Position numbers and translations under genes: made by a program. DNA of 64,000 nt from Gekko japonicus (taxonomy: Eukaryota), in assembly GCF_001447785.1 (NCBI RefSeq), contig NW_015173156.1, positions 141,857-205,856 on the forward strand, read 5' to 3'. This document shows positions 49,465 to 61,877 of the stretch, one piece after another. The notes below the pieces were generated by a model that ran no database searches, was not told where the DNA came from, and saw only the letters and a program-made list of their open reading frames with translations. The stretch's first letter is position 1. Every line of letters begins with the position of its first letter.

Positions 49465-50770
49465 TGGACATTCCTGTTTCAGCAATTTGGGGTTCTCTAA
49501 GGCTGCAATCTTTTCCTCAGAGTTAGCCCCACTGAATAAAATGGGTTTTAGTGCCAAGTAGACCAACTTAGGAATGCTCTATAAGTTAAAGAGCATGGGA
49601 AAGGGAAATAAAATATACAAACAAGAAAGAGATGGTTGGCTTTATAGATTGGGGGGGGTACAGCATGCTTAGACACGAAGAAGAGAATCTGCAGAATCTG
49701 TGCATAAGACAGGCTTGCAGACATGAATAAAAGTTATTTGATGGATCTTTTTACTTTGCCATCTTTTTAGCTGCAGGCAGCGCTCGTGAACGGAATCCTG
49801 ACATCCCCTCGCAGGTGATTATTACACTTCCTAACAGAAGACTAATAAATGGGCTGTCACAGAAACTTCATTTCTCTTTAGCCAACAAATGTCATCATTC
49901 CTTACTACGAGACTCCTCTCCTCTATAGCTCCTTCCATTTCAATCTTCCCAAACATTAGTATATTAAGCTGCCTAATGTGTCTGGAGGCAAAACGGGAAG
50001 ATGTCATGGCATCTTCACAGAACGGTGTGGTAACTAAAAGGCCATCAAGTCTTGTTTCTGATGTGAGATGGAACAATAACTAAAGGTTAGTGATTGGGTC
50101 TGGGCTGTGGTATCAAGACTAGGATTAAACCTGTGTTCTGGTAGGCTGGTTAGGAGTGCCCCAGGTTCATTTTAGCTAGATCTAGCAATGCTAAACCTAG
50201 GTAAAGGGGGGAAAGAGGGTTCATTTTTTGGAAAATCCAGTGGAAGGAGCCCATGATCCTGCAGTTCCTAAACTGCTGTCAATATCAATCCTTTGTGAAA
50301 TCTTCCTTCCCGAATCTTTGGTCTATTTGCCAGTCATGGATCAGCCTACTAATTTCAGTATACCACCATCAAAGGAAGGCAGGGCAGTGTTAAGTAGAGT
50401 TGCACCCTTCTGAGCCCATTGACTTCAATGGATTTAGAAGGGAGGGACTCTGTTTAGGATTACACTGCAAGTATATTGCAGAAAGATGGAACCCTCAGTT
50501 GGCTTTTACAACCAGACAACCCATATATTGCAAGCGAAAGCAGGAGAAGGTACTGAAGCAACCTATGCTTAAGATGTTTAAGGGCAAACCTAAAAATGTA
50601 TGGTGTGAATGTTGCAAACACAAGTATACATACTGGTATGATTTTCAAAGAGCAAGGATTGATTGCCGGCCCCAACATACCCAGAGTATGTTGCTATATG
50701 ATTTGTGAAATGGCATGAGTATCCAAGTTTCTGATGGAGAAACTGCTGTATGAGATTCCGGGTTCTAAAT

Positions 50771-51732
50771 CAGGGGTAGCCAAACTGTGGCTTGGGAGCC
50801 ACATGTGGCTCTTTTACACATATTGGCCACGTTCAGACTGGCAATTTGAAGTGCTAGGGAGTCGTGGCAAAGAAAAAATGGACCAGACCCAGAACGGCTT
50901 GGTTGTGGTATTCCCATTCACACCGCAGCAAATGAAGCGGGAGGATACTGTGGAGGAAACGCAATGGCGGGCTGTTAGCAGCTGTTTCCGTGGTGGGCTG
51001 CATGGGCGCATGGGCGCAGCAGCAAATAAGGCATGATCGCGTGGGCCCCGATGGCGCCTGCCTATGGAAACAGCCAGTGCCTATTATCAATTACTGCGGG
51101 TTGTTCTCGCCTTAGCAGCGCTTGCATTCACACTCAGGGAACTGGAATCAACCCGCTCTACACACGATTTTCTACCACTTTCACCTGGTATCTTTTAAAC
51201 TCAGGAGGGAAGCGGCACAAGACGGCTTGAGTACGGCTGGGGGACACCTGACAGATGTACCTGTGTGAACCCGCCCCTTTAATCCGCTACTGAGCCGCTC
51301 CTGAAACGTTTGGCTGCCGGGCCAAACTGCCAGTCTGAACTTGGCCATTGTGTGGCTCCAGACAGGGCAGCAGGGCAAGAGAAGGGGAGGCGTGCCTCCC
51401 CTCCCCAATTGGTCTTTCCTTCCCCAGCCGGTTCCCCTTCCTGGGTAGCCTTGAGGCAGGGGGGAGCAGAGAAAGAAAGCAACTTTAACTTTAAATGCAT
51501 TCTCAAAGCCCCCCCTCCCACAAATATCATTGGACAAATAAATACCATTATCAATATCTATTTTTACCCCTTTTGTTTTTATTTTTGTCAGTCTCATTTA
51601 GCGTTAATAAAAAGCAAATTTGCATATTTTTCAATGAAAACATATGTGTAATATATGTTCATAGCATGCGGCTCTTAAAACCTGACGTTTATTCTATATG
51701 GCTCTTACATTAAGCAAGTTTGGCCACTCCTG
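50771..51732. mobile_element. hAT Charlie/Buster-type non-autonomous element
   Basis: TIRs caggggtagccaaact / agtttggccactcctg; perfect TSD TTCTAAAT at 50763-50770 and 51733-51740. Confidence 0.92.
50825..51346. mobile_element. PIF/Harbinger MITE nested in the hAT element
   Basis: 19-bp TIRs ggccacgttcagactggca / tgccagtctgaacttggcc; TSD ATT. Confidence 0.92.
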
Positions 51733-53315
51733 TTCTAAATATTCAACTCTGGTCCCTTGGTATGAAGGCAGACAGGTCTTCTGTACCTTTGAATAGTTGT
51801 ATGGAAAGGACGACCCATACAGAGGCAGCTTTTCTCACAAGCACAATTGCCTAAATTCCTTCTTCTGTGCCACTATTAATGATCCAGGAGCCCTTATTAA
51901 TTCACCTTTACCTTCAGCCACCCCCCAAATCAAACCTAAGTAGTCCTTAAAAGTCTCTTTCTGGGACTTATGCTAAACAGTTGCATATGAGCTGAGGCTG
52001 TACGAAAAGGGAAAGGGCAATAGAAGACAATTAAACATAGAGAGATGAGCAAACATATAGTTCCAAAGAACTATGGAGAAACTAGAGGAAGGATGGCAAT
52101 CAATAAGCAATACTAACAATAAATATTTAATTCCTCATTAATATTACTGAGGTGCTATAGCGCCATCTAGAGACCAAAATTTCTCAGTAAAATAAAAATA
52201 TGCCTATCTAATAAATATGACAGTATCACACTACTACTTGGATACGAAAGTTCATGGCTCTTCCTTCCAAAATGTTCTCATTTGATTTAAGAATGTTCTC
52301 TAACAGTCCTGGAAATAAAGGTGTCCTTCGATTTTTAGCAGAAAATGTCAGTATCTTGCTTGATCAGCTGCTTTCTGAAGATTCAAAGCCAAGTCTCTCC
52401 ATTTTTTTATTTATTTACATTATTTATAGTGCATCTTTCTCACTGAGACTCAGGATGGATTACATAGTGTAAGACAAAAACCAGCAACAGGATGGGACAT
52501 CCAATAAACAAAGCAATAACTAGCAGGAAATTGAAAATGGAGCTGAAACAGAGCTTAAACAGTAACATGACGTGTTAAGCAATTCAGAAATTACGTTGAA
52601 GGAATATATTTATGGCAAGAGACAGAACATAGTTGTATAGTCCACAGTACCTATCCCTTTATCAAAGCATCTTTCTGAACCACTACAGTACAGTCCTAAC
52701 TACCTCTATATAAAAAAAACCCTCCTGAATAATTCAGTGTAGCATAGTTTGCAGAAAGCCAGGATTATGGGAGCCTTCCTGACCTCATCAGGCAAGCCAT
52801 TCCATAAGACAGGAGCCACAGCAGAGAATGCATGTGTCTGGGCAACTGTTGGTTTTGCCCTTCTGAAGCTTGGCACTTGCAGGAGGCCCTGCTCAGATGA
52901 GTGAAACTGTCATGGCAGAGCATGGGGGAGAGCCAGCCCTGCAGAAATAAGGGAAAGGGGCCATTAATGGCTTTGTATGTGATAGTCAATACCTTGGATT
53001 GGGCCTGGTAACTGATGGGCAGCCAGTGAAGTGACTGCAGAATGGGAGTGATAAGCCTGTTTCGTCTAGCTCTTGATAATGACCAAGCTGCAGCAGTCTG
53101 CACCAACTGGGGTCTCTGAGTCGTCTAGTCTTGATGTTACTGTGGTGTGGATCCAGATGGCCAGATCAGCCGTGTTGAGGTAAGGGACATCTTCTGGGCT
53201 AGACTGAGGAGGAAGAAAAATTTTTTTTTGCAGATGCATTAACTTGTTTTTCTAACAGCAGTACTGGATACAGTACAAGTCTTAGGCTCTTAACCAAGTC
53301 AGTCAGTGTCATCTG

Positions 53316-53722
53316 TGTTGTAAAATAGTCAAAAGTGTTTAATACTCAGACTATCAATGGATCTTGCTCTATTGGAAAGAAGAGATTTCTTTGCTTTTAA
53401 AAAAACCTTTATTTCTAAGGGTAAAAGGTACACGGGATAACTACAAATAAACGTAACACTAACAGCTACATTTTCTAAGCTGTTTATAGTCAACACTAAC
53501 ACAGAGATAATGGAGAATCTGTCCTTCTTCTCGACCTCTAGAAAGGAAGTCACCTGAAAACAAACAACCAATCTGTATCACAGTAGAAGCTACTTTTCCC
53601 TGGCTAATTCCCCATTGGCTTACTGCCAGGTATCCCTTCCAGGTCAGTCTAAACAATAGCAATACTAGGGGGGGGGGAGTTAACCCTATAGTGGCTGGAT
53701 TGTCAGACATGCATTTCCAACA
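53316..53722 (-). mobile_element. Solo LTR (TGTTG...CAACA; Copia/BEL/Gypsy-like), 407 bp
   Basis: Perfect TSD ATCTG at 53311-53315 and 53723-53727; host L2 reads through when it is removed; AATAAA on the minus strand. Confidence 0.85.
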
Positions 53723-54007
53723 ATCTGAACCCCATCAAAAGTGGCAAGCACAATGTTATTCAAGATCTCCACCTTTCTATCGCTTTTGTCTTGTCTGGGT
53801 TCAGTTTCAGTTGGTTCACTTTCAGCAGTTTAATGACAGCAGTCAGGCATTGGCTCAAGACTTCTACTTCATCACCAGAGGATTTGGATAGAAAGATACA
53901 GAGCTGGATGCTACCAGCCTATTGATGGCATCCCTTTCCACAGCTATAAATGACGTCTCCTAAAAGCTTTACATAGCAATCAAATGATATGAGGGGATTA
54001 AGACTGT

Positions 54008-54654
54008 GAGTCCGATCAGACGGCTCTTTAGATCCGTGCAAAGCACGATTTCTTCACAGATCTAAAGGTAATATCCAGACACAAACATCTGGGAAATGTC
54101 CCTCTTCCTGGGCACCCCGTTTTGCCATGCTTCAGAGCCGTACTTAAAAGATAGTACTTTAAATCTGGGGTTTTCGGTTACCTGTGGAACAACTGAGAAC
54201 TTTCACCCATCTGATTGTTCCACCAGTGTACAATCCTCCCGTCGCGGTGGTCTGTCAGACCATCCTGAGCAGGCACCATTTTAGTGGTCTGACGTCAGAC
54301 CATCCTAAGCGGGCACCATTTAAAAAAATCTCTACACATGTGCAGATCAACAAGGATGTGCTATCACGTCTATGCGCATGCACAAAAAGTTTTTTTTAAA
54401 AAAAAAAACACCACACACCTTTTTCAACAAGGATGCGCTGTGATGCCTATGTGCATGCGCAAAAAGTTTATTTTTAAAAACCCACCATGCATGCCTCCTT
54501 CAGTGGACGCCATCTAGACAATCCACAACGGAGGCAGCGTGCAGTAAGGCGATTCACCAGGGGGATGTCTGGTCGTGCTACGATGGATTAAAAAGATTGT
54601 GATAAAATTCAAGATGGCATAATGACAGGATTAGCTGCCCATCTGAATGCACCC
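54008..54654. mobile_element. PIF/Harbinger-like MITE nested in L2
   Basis: Imperfect TIRs gagtccgatcagacgg / ccatctgaatgcaccc; TSD TGT; host reads aagactgt|gccctgtgg. Confidence 0.7.
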
Positions 54655-56402
54655 TGTGCCCTGTGGAAACTCACAAGACAGCTCCCACACTAAAGGAAGC
54701 TAGTGTCTAATGGCAACTCTTTGAGTCTGGTCCATGAGGAACAATTTATACCAGTCCAAGGCAAATCCATTGATACCTATTTCTGCTTCCACATGATCCA
54801 CTGTATCAAAGGCTGAAGATAGATCCAGTAGGAGCAACAAAGAAGCATGGCCTCTGTCTACATTCAAGTGGAAGTTATCATCTAAAGATATTAGGGGCTG
54901 CTACTGTCCCACTGCCCAACTAGAAACCAAACTGAAAAGAGTCCAGAGCACAAGAATTATCTAAGATGTGGAGCTGGTCTGCTACTGCTCTCTGAATCAT
55001 TTTTTTCCCCAGGAAGAGTTCATTGGAGACTAAGTGATAATTGGCCACATCGTTTTTCTGTTGGGGTTGTTTTTTAGTAGTGGGGGAAGGTGCCATGAGT
55101 GACTGATTTATGATGGGCACCAAGAGCTTTTTAATGTGGTTCTTACACAATTTTAACAGCCAGGATGTAGAAATGTGCACAAGTGTTGGCCTTCGTAGGT
55201 CTCTGGATACTCCATCACAATAACTGGTGTAAAATGGTCCATAAGCAGACCAGACAAAATATAGGCATTTCTTCTGCCTGGACTATATTACAGGCGGCAC
55301 GCAGATCAGAGTGTATTTGTGTTATTTTATCATCAAAGAAACATTGTGAAGGTATCACAGCTAACTGTCTGTTCCTGATCCAATAAAGGCTCAGATTTAG
55401 GAGTCAACAGATGTTGATGTCAAACACATATTGGCTAATGCTGAGATGAATATAGGCGTTTGTTCCTGATTTTGGCAGGGCAGCTATTTACACCACTCCC
55501 ATACTCTCTGACATTTCACACCTGAAATTAGGACGTGCTTACAATGTCTCAGTTATCACACAAAGGATCACTGCCTGAACCCTCCTTTCCACTCTCCACT
55601 CTCACATGTTCCTGAAGGCTCCATGGACGGTCTGCTGTAGCCTTGTACTCTGCTGTAGCCAGTTTTTCACTGATTTAAAAGCCAGAAGGGTGCTTGATCT
55701 TGTTAAAGATATACTGGGGAGAGGGCATAATTGTCCTAAAACATAGTCTAACAGTTCGAAATACATCTCAGTGGCCACAATGAATGAAATGAAAGGCTGT
55801 ACATTGAATGGTGCCTTAATGTTCTTGCACGGGCTTGTACACTTGATATGAAGCGCATCTACTTGCCACTCTGAGACTGTGGGGATATAGGTGAACTCTG
55901 AAGAAGGACAACTCTAGCAGTTTACAAAAGCCGCACACTACATGCAAAATTGACCCAAATAAGGACACTAGTTTATGAAGGACCAGAACCAGAAACCCTA
56001 GTAAACAGAGATAGCTGGAATATATGATTTCCATGTCTAGTGGTGTGATTGCCAGAGGTGTCTTGAGTTAGTACTGAATTTGTGCTTATGTAGCCTGACT
56101 AAATGCAGAGATGGATAGTGCTATGGTAATAATAGTACAAAACAGCGGATTTGGAGAGGCATAAACAGGATCAGGAAAAACCACCTCTCTTCTCACTTGC
56201 CTAGAAAGCTCCTTGATATGGCACTTCACACACACACAAGCTTATCAGGCATGAGTGAGATACTTCCTTCTACTGACACAAAGAAACGGAGCAAACTCTC
56301 TCCATTTCTTCATGTCTACATCAGGAGATTTCTGTACGTCAGGGAACTCCCAAAGGTAAAATGGTTAAAAATTGTTTGAAAAAGCAGGTTTAACCATATT
56401 AA

Positions 56403-56585
56403 GGGTTGGATCCAGCCAGGTTTTTTTGTTCGGTCTTGCCCAATTCTTCTCCTTCCTATAGCCCCCATTCCATGTATGGCTTTTCTCCAGGCAGGTTCCA
56501 TGATCCTTAGCATATCTGTTTTGTTGGTCAAAGGAGATAAAAGATCTTTTTTTTCCCCAGCAGAAAATCTGCTTGGATCCAACAC
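56403..56585. mobile_element. Harbinger-like MITE (gggttggatcca ends; relatives at ~3192 and ~6150)
   Basis: gggttggatccagc / gcttggatccaacac. Confidence 0.6.
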
Positions 56586-56754
56586 AATGTTGTAATTTTA
56601 AATAAGTTCAGAATATGAAAGACACGGATTTCCATATAATGAAAATGAGCATCAACTCAGAAATTATAACTCAGATTTAATCCCTAGCACCTCCATTTAG
56701 AAGGATCAGGTGGTGGGTGATGTGAAAGAGCTGCTACCAGTCAGAATAGAGAGT

Positions 56755-56975
56755 AGAATCGCAGAATCATAGAATCATAGTTTGAAGATGACCTCCAGGG
56801 TCATCTAGTCATTGATGACCTCCAGGGTCTTCTAATCATCTGAGGTCATCTAGTCCAATCCCTGCACAATGTAGGAAATTCAGAGATACTATACACACAC
56901 ACACACACACACTAACTTCTGCTCCACGCCCAGAAGATGGCAAAAAACCTCCATGATCACTGGCCAAACTGATGG
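56755..56975 (-). mobile_element. CR1 3' end with an internal triplication of ggtcatctagtc
   Basis: agaatcatagaatcatag tail; gatgacctccagggtc repeated. Confidence 0.7.
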
Positions 56976-56997
56976 CCTAATGGTCTGAACTAGTATA

Positions 56998-57250
56998 AGA
57001 AGAAGAAAAGATATTGGATTTATACCCCACCCTTCACTACCCGAAGGAGTCTCAGAGTGGCTTACAATCTCTTTTCTCTTCTGCTCCCCACAACAGAGAG
57101 AGCTCTTTCAAGAACTACTCTTTTCCAAACACCTCTGAGAAAACTGTGACTGACCCAAGGCCACACCAGCAGCTGCATGTGGAGGAGTGGGGAATCAAAC
57201 CCAGTTCTCCCAGATTAGAGTCCGCGCTCCTAGCCACTACACCAAGCTGG
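56998..57250 (-). mobile_element. Squam3-like SINE with an internal deletion
   Basis: Similar to 26744-27028. Confidence 0.8.
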
Positions 57251-58090
57251 CAGCTTTGTATCTTTGATGTAAAACAGCATTGTTTCAGACAACTTTTTTG
57301 TCCATTTTATGTCTGTTTTATAGATGATGAAGATGAGTTACAATTTTATTGTTCCAGGTGGTCAGCTGTGTTGGTCTGAAGCAGTAGAACAAATTTAGAG
57401 TCCAGTGTTATTATTGTTAAGGGTGCTTGGAAGCATATTTACGTACACTGAGTCTAACCCTAACCTTATTTAATTAGAAACCTGCACAAATGGGTAAATG
57501 AAATACAATAGTACATGAAATAACAATATATTATGAATTATTATTTATGTTTGAAAACCTCGATGATGTCTGCTGAGCCTTGCACAATGATCACAAAGTG
57601 AAGACAGGCCCTGCCATTAGGCTCATGATGTAGCTAAATTAGAAGTTACAATCACTTATTTAACTTGTCTGATAATCTAACCCATTAGTCAATTCATAGT
57701 AAATGGCAACTTTGTCCTAAGTAGAGTTACAGCCTTCTAAACCCACTGGTTTCAATAGATTTAGAAGGGTATAACTCTGCTTAAGATTGCACTGTGAATG
57801 TAGATAGTACCAAATATCTATACAGGTGTATTTGAACTCTTAAAGAAAGTATAAGAAAATTACAAACAACCTGTACCATTCACTGTTAAAAAGGGAATAT
57901 TTGTTTCCTCTTTCATCCTATGTTACAGTAGCAAAATGGCATATTAATAACCTCAGTGGATAAACCAGTGTGCTCTTCATCATTGCTAACTAACAACTGG
58001 CCCCACTTACTAACCAGCCAAAGCTTTTGTTGATTAATCTAATGATTAAACTGATTAAAGCCTGCAGTCCTAATATTTTAACACTGCTGG

Positions 58091-58487
58091 TGTCAGCTAT
58101 GCTGCCATGGGGGTTGGGGAGCTCAGTCTGTGTCTGGTTAATTGCTAATGCATTCCTTTCTGTGCTTGTTCTGCTTTGGACCGAAATGCTTATCTATACA
58201 GATGTGCAGGAGGGAGTTGTATTGTCTGGGTTTCTCCTACATGCTGTGGGAGAGTGTTGGTTCTCAGTTTTAGCTACCTAACGGTCTCCAAGCTTTATCC
58301 CGCGCGTGGGAGGGTGCCTAATTGGCCAGTGCTATGGGGGGGTGCATACGAATACCCTATATCCTATTATGCCCATGGGGCCGCCGCCATTCTTAACAGT
58401 GCTTATGTTACTGCATCTATAGCTCTGCAATAAAAGTATTACTGTTCCTGAATGTGTGTACTTCGTTGTTGACTGTGGGTTCTGACA
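58091..58487 (+). mobile_element. Solo LTR, 397 bp, related to 9857-10234
   Basis: TGTCAG...CTGACA; perfect TSD GCTGG at 58086-58090 and 58488-58492; AATAAA. Confidence 0.9.
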
Positions 58488-59221
58488 GCTGGATGGGGAA
58501 TAAAATCTTCATTCTTGTAATATATTATCTTCAGTCCCCTTTAGCTTGTTTTGAGTTAAGAGAGCCTGTGGAAGAGGAATGGGAAAGAAACTGTACAGCT
58601 GAGCAGCAATCCTCAAATATTCAGAGGAGGAAGAGGCTAAAATAAATTAGAACCTGCATTACTCCACTGTGACTTTGACAGATGGTTGGGACCAAAGAAT
58701 CTTCACTAACTTCCAGATTCTACATTTCAAGGTAATATGTCAAACCTATAACCCTATCCCTGAAACTCCGAATTAAGCTTGGGTGTTTGGGGATTTTTTT
58801 GCCCCTGGTCACATTCAATAAGGACATACAGGACGACTCAGAGAAGAATTTATTCCTAGTGGTAGAATCAATATGTCTGTGCCAAGTGATATCCGTTAAA
58901 CAGATGCCATGTAATCTCAGGTATAGGTTTGAATCTGAGTGAGGACTCAGTTTTGGAACCTGCCTATTTGTGAAGCCATAAGCAATTTTAGAAACAATAA
59001 TAATGTAGCACACCAAGTGTTGCAGCATGTTGCATAAATCACCTCAGGCGTGGTCTATGCATGCAGCAGAAGGGAGAGGTAATAAGGTGGCAGGACGCTG
59101 AGGTGACAGAATGGACTTCATTACCTCAGACTGCAGGTGAGGGATCACACTCTTCAAAATTTCAGTAAACATGCTTCCGTCCCAGATTCCCCATTTGACA
59201 AAATACCTACTTACTGATTGT

Positions 59222-59405
59222 TTTTTGGCCATCGAGTCACAGCTGACTGATGCTGATCCCATGGGTTTTGTTTACGCACGAGGCGTTTAGAGGTGGTTTG
59301 CCATTGCCTGCCTCCACCTCACGACCCTGGTATTCCTTGGCGATCTGCCTTCCAAATACTGATGCTTAGCTTTTGAGATCTGATGATGAGATTTAGGTCA
59401 GGGCA
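59222..59405 (-). mobile_element. 5S rRNA-derived SINE
   Basis: Reverse complement of the 634 and 47075 family (agaggtggtttgccattgcctgcc...gcttagctt). Confidence 0.75.
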
Positions 59406-60104
59406 CTTACTGAGCCTGCTTCAGCAGGGAGGGAGGGGTATAAATCAAATAAACTAAAAATAAAATAAATAGGTACTGAAAAACACTAATGGGGGCGTGC
59501 AGATTTAATCAGTGACCAAGAGCAGAGACGGGTTGTTTTGTACCATGAAGATCCTGGGGCTCTACCTCACCTTTTCACTGTCATTTTCATTGACGTGGGA
59601 ACCTGTCCCATTACCTACTACTCACAAGGCTGGTGAAAGAGTATGACTATGATTCTTACTCTGACCAAGCCTCCCTCATTCTGCTTTGAAGATATTTTTG
59701 ATTTATCGTCCCGAATGAAGAAACTTTCACATTCTTTGAAATGATAGGCCCTAGATACAAAACTTCAATAATTAGCAATGATGTGGCTTGAATTTTCTAT
59801 ATTATGGAATACTCACATTAGTAACCTCACATTATTCCTGTATCACTTTCTGTATGAGGCAAGCCAAAGCCTCCGGAGAATCATCTCTTTTGTGCCTGTG
59901 GCATCAAAGCCTTGAGTCTCTGTTCGTGAATTGAGTCTTACAGTGCCCTAGGCTACTGCCTGGATTTATGCATTGGGGATCATGATGGCATTCCACAATA
60001 TTTAAGGTAATAAGATAGGCTTCTTCAATAACAGTGGCAAATACAGGAAAAGCTATATTCTACAGACATAACTCAAAATACTGCCATCTTCAGTTTAAAA
60101 AATG

Positions 60105-60380
60105 TGTTGTTGTTGTTGTTCAGTCGCACAGTCGAGTCCAACTCTTCGCGACCCCATGGACCAGCTCCCGCCAGGCCTTCCTGTCTTCCGCCATCCTCTG
60201 AAGTTTGCTCAGTTTCATGTTCGTTGCATCTATGACACTGTCTAACCATCTCATCCTTTGCCGTCCCCGTCTTCTTTGACCTTCAGTATTTCCCAGTCTT
60301 CTCCAGTGAGTGCTCCCTTCTCATTCGGTGGCCAAAGTATTTGAGCTTCAGTTTCATTATCTGGCCTTCCCGGGAACAGT
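60105..60380 (-). mobile_element. BovB (RTE) LINE 3' end, 5'-truncated
   Basis: (CAA)n tail; closely similar to 13001-13171; minus strand encodes KLKLKYFGH. Confidence 0.9.
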
Positions 60381-61713
60381 AGATTATCCATATTACAGTA
60401 CATTAAGAAAGCTGTTTTGGTAATGTAATCTTTGGCAGTGATTGGGCTTCTCTGCCTAATTCTACTAAGTAGTGGGACAGGAAGAATAGCTATTGGCTGC
60501 TAAGAGTTTAGATGGTCTGATTCTAGGAAGGAGCTGGACAGGAAGCCACATCTAGGGAGCAAAGGGGGAGTTTAAGGTTTGAGGAGGCAAGGACCTGAGA
60601 AGGCCGTGGGCCAAAGAAAACAGGAAACCTTACAAGAGGCTTGAGGAAGAAATGATCCAAGGGAACTGAGAAAGGAAAGCCAGTGGTAGGAGTCTGAGAG
60701 CAATATCAACTTGCAGGAGAGACCCACCACACAAAGACCAAATTCCTATATTGATATAAAATAATCAGCCAAATCCAAGGCTCCAGGCCCCTGATTATTG
60801 TAAAATACTGTTCTGTTTTGTTTTTTACTTCAGCACCATTGCTGATTTACATTTAAAGCAATATGAGGTTTTAAATAATAGGTTCTTACTTGGCTATCAG
60901 GTCTGCTACAGGGTGAGACCTGTGAGGACTCATGAGTGAAAAGAAATCCCATCTCTTCAGAATCCAGTATTCCCCCTTTCCCCCCCCCCCCCCGTTTTCA
61001 AGGGGGTGGGGGGAAAGGGGGGGGGGGGGTGTTTGTAGTTAATGTGTCAATGTCTTTCCCCCCCATGCCTGACCCCCCTCCCCAAGGCATGTAGTAATCA
61101 CTTGCAGTGTTTTAATGGTTAAAAGGCTTATCTTAAGCTCCATTCCCTAGAAAGGATATGATACAGAGGAGGGCATTTAACAGTTGTGTAGAAGATGGAA
61201 ATTTGGCCTTTGCAAATTGCCATGCAAGAGCAAATCACTGCATCTACACAACTGTCCTCCTTTGCATTCTGTTTCTAAATAACATTCTGTCTCATTGCCT
61301 GAAAATATAGAACAATTTTACATATAATCGTAATGCACCACTGAACCAGGAAGTTCCTCAAGACTATATATCTTGTAAGTCTACATAAAATGGGCTGTTC
61401 CAACACCTCCCATGTGGAATGCCATTGCTCCAAGACCCATTAATTTGTTCGGCATGCAGGAGAACAAAGCAACAGTTCAAAGAAGATGTGGCTTCCATAG
61501 AACAGCTCACTGTATTTCTTCAACATGGAGCTCTGTCTGATTTTCACAAAGCCATCTCATCTAATCAGAGACAGAAGCTGAACTACCTGCTGACTAGTTA
61601 CAACTTGGACTACTGCTGCACTGTATTTCCCCCCCTCTACTCTTCCCCTAAGAATGGGAAGGTCAAGATGACCAGGGCAAGAAAAGCTGTAAGTGCAACC
61701 TATCCTACAATTA

Positions 61714-61877
61714 AAGGTAAAGGTAAAGGTTCCCTTGCTCGAAAGCCAGTCGAATCCGACTCTAGGGTTGCGGTGCTCATCTCCGTTTCAAAGCCAAAGA
61801 GCCAGCGCTGTCCGAAGACGTTTCCGTGGTCATGTGGCCGGCATGACTAAACACCAAGGTGCACAGAACACTGTTAC
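61714..61877 (-). mobile_element. Sauria SINE, 5'-truncated, 11-bp TSD
   Basis: TSD TCCTACAATTA at 61703-61713 and 61896-61906. Confidence 0.9.

Larger units (their letters stand above)
52405..55400 (-). mobile_element. Long decayed L2-clade LINE carrying nested LTR and MITE insertions
   Basis: VQTAAAWSL...ITPILQSLHWLPISYQAQSKVL; NYHLVSNELFLGK...LDSFQFGF; reversed (TAAA) tail at ~52405. Confidence 0.8.

Noticed and set aside
60424-60920. Possible additional solo LTR
   Set aside because: Composition is LTR-like but I found no matching TG..CA termini with a TSD.
61419-61850. 143-aa ORF
   Set aside because: Reads into an antisense Sauria SINE; no domain; same for the related ORFs at 35478 and 47585.
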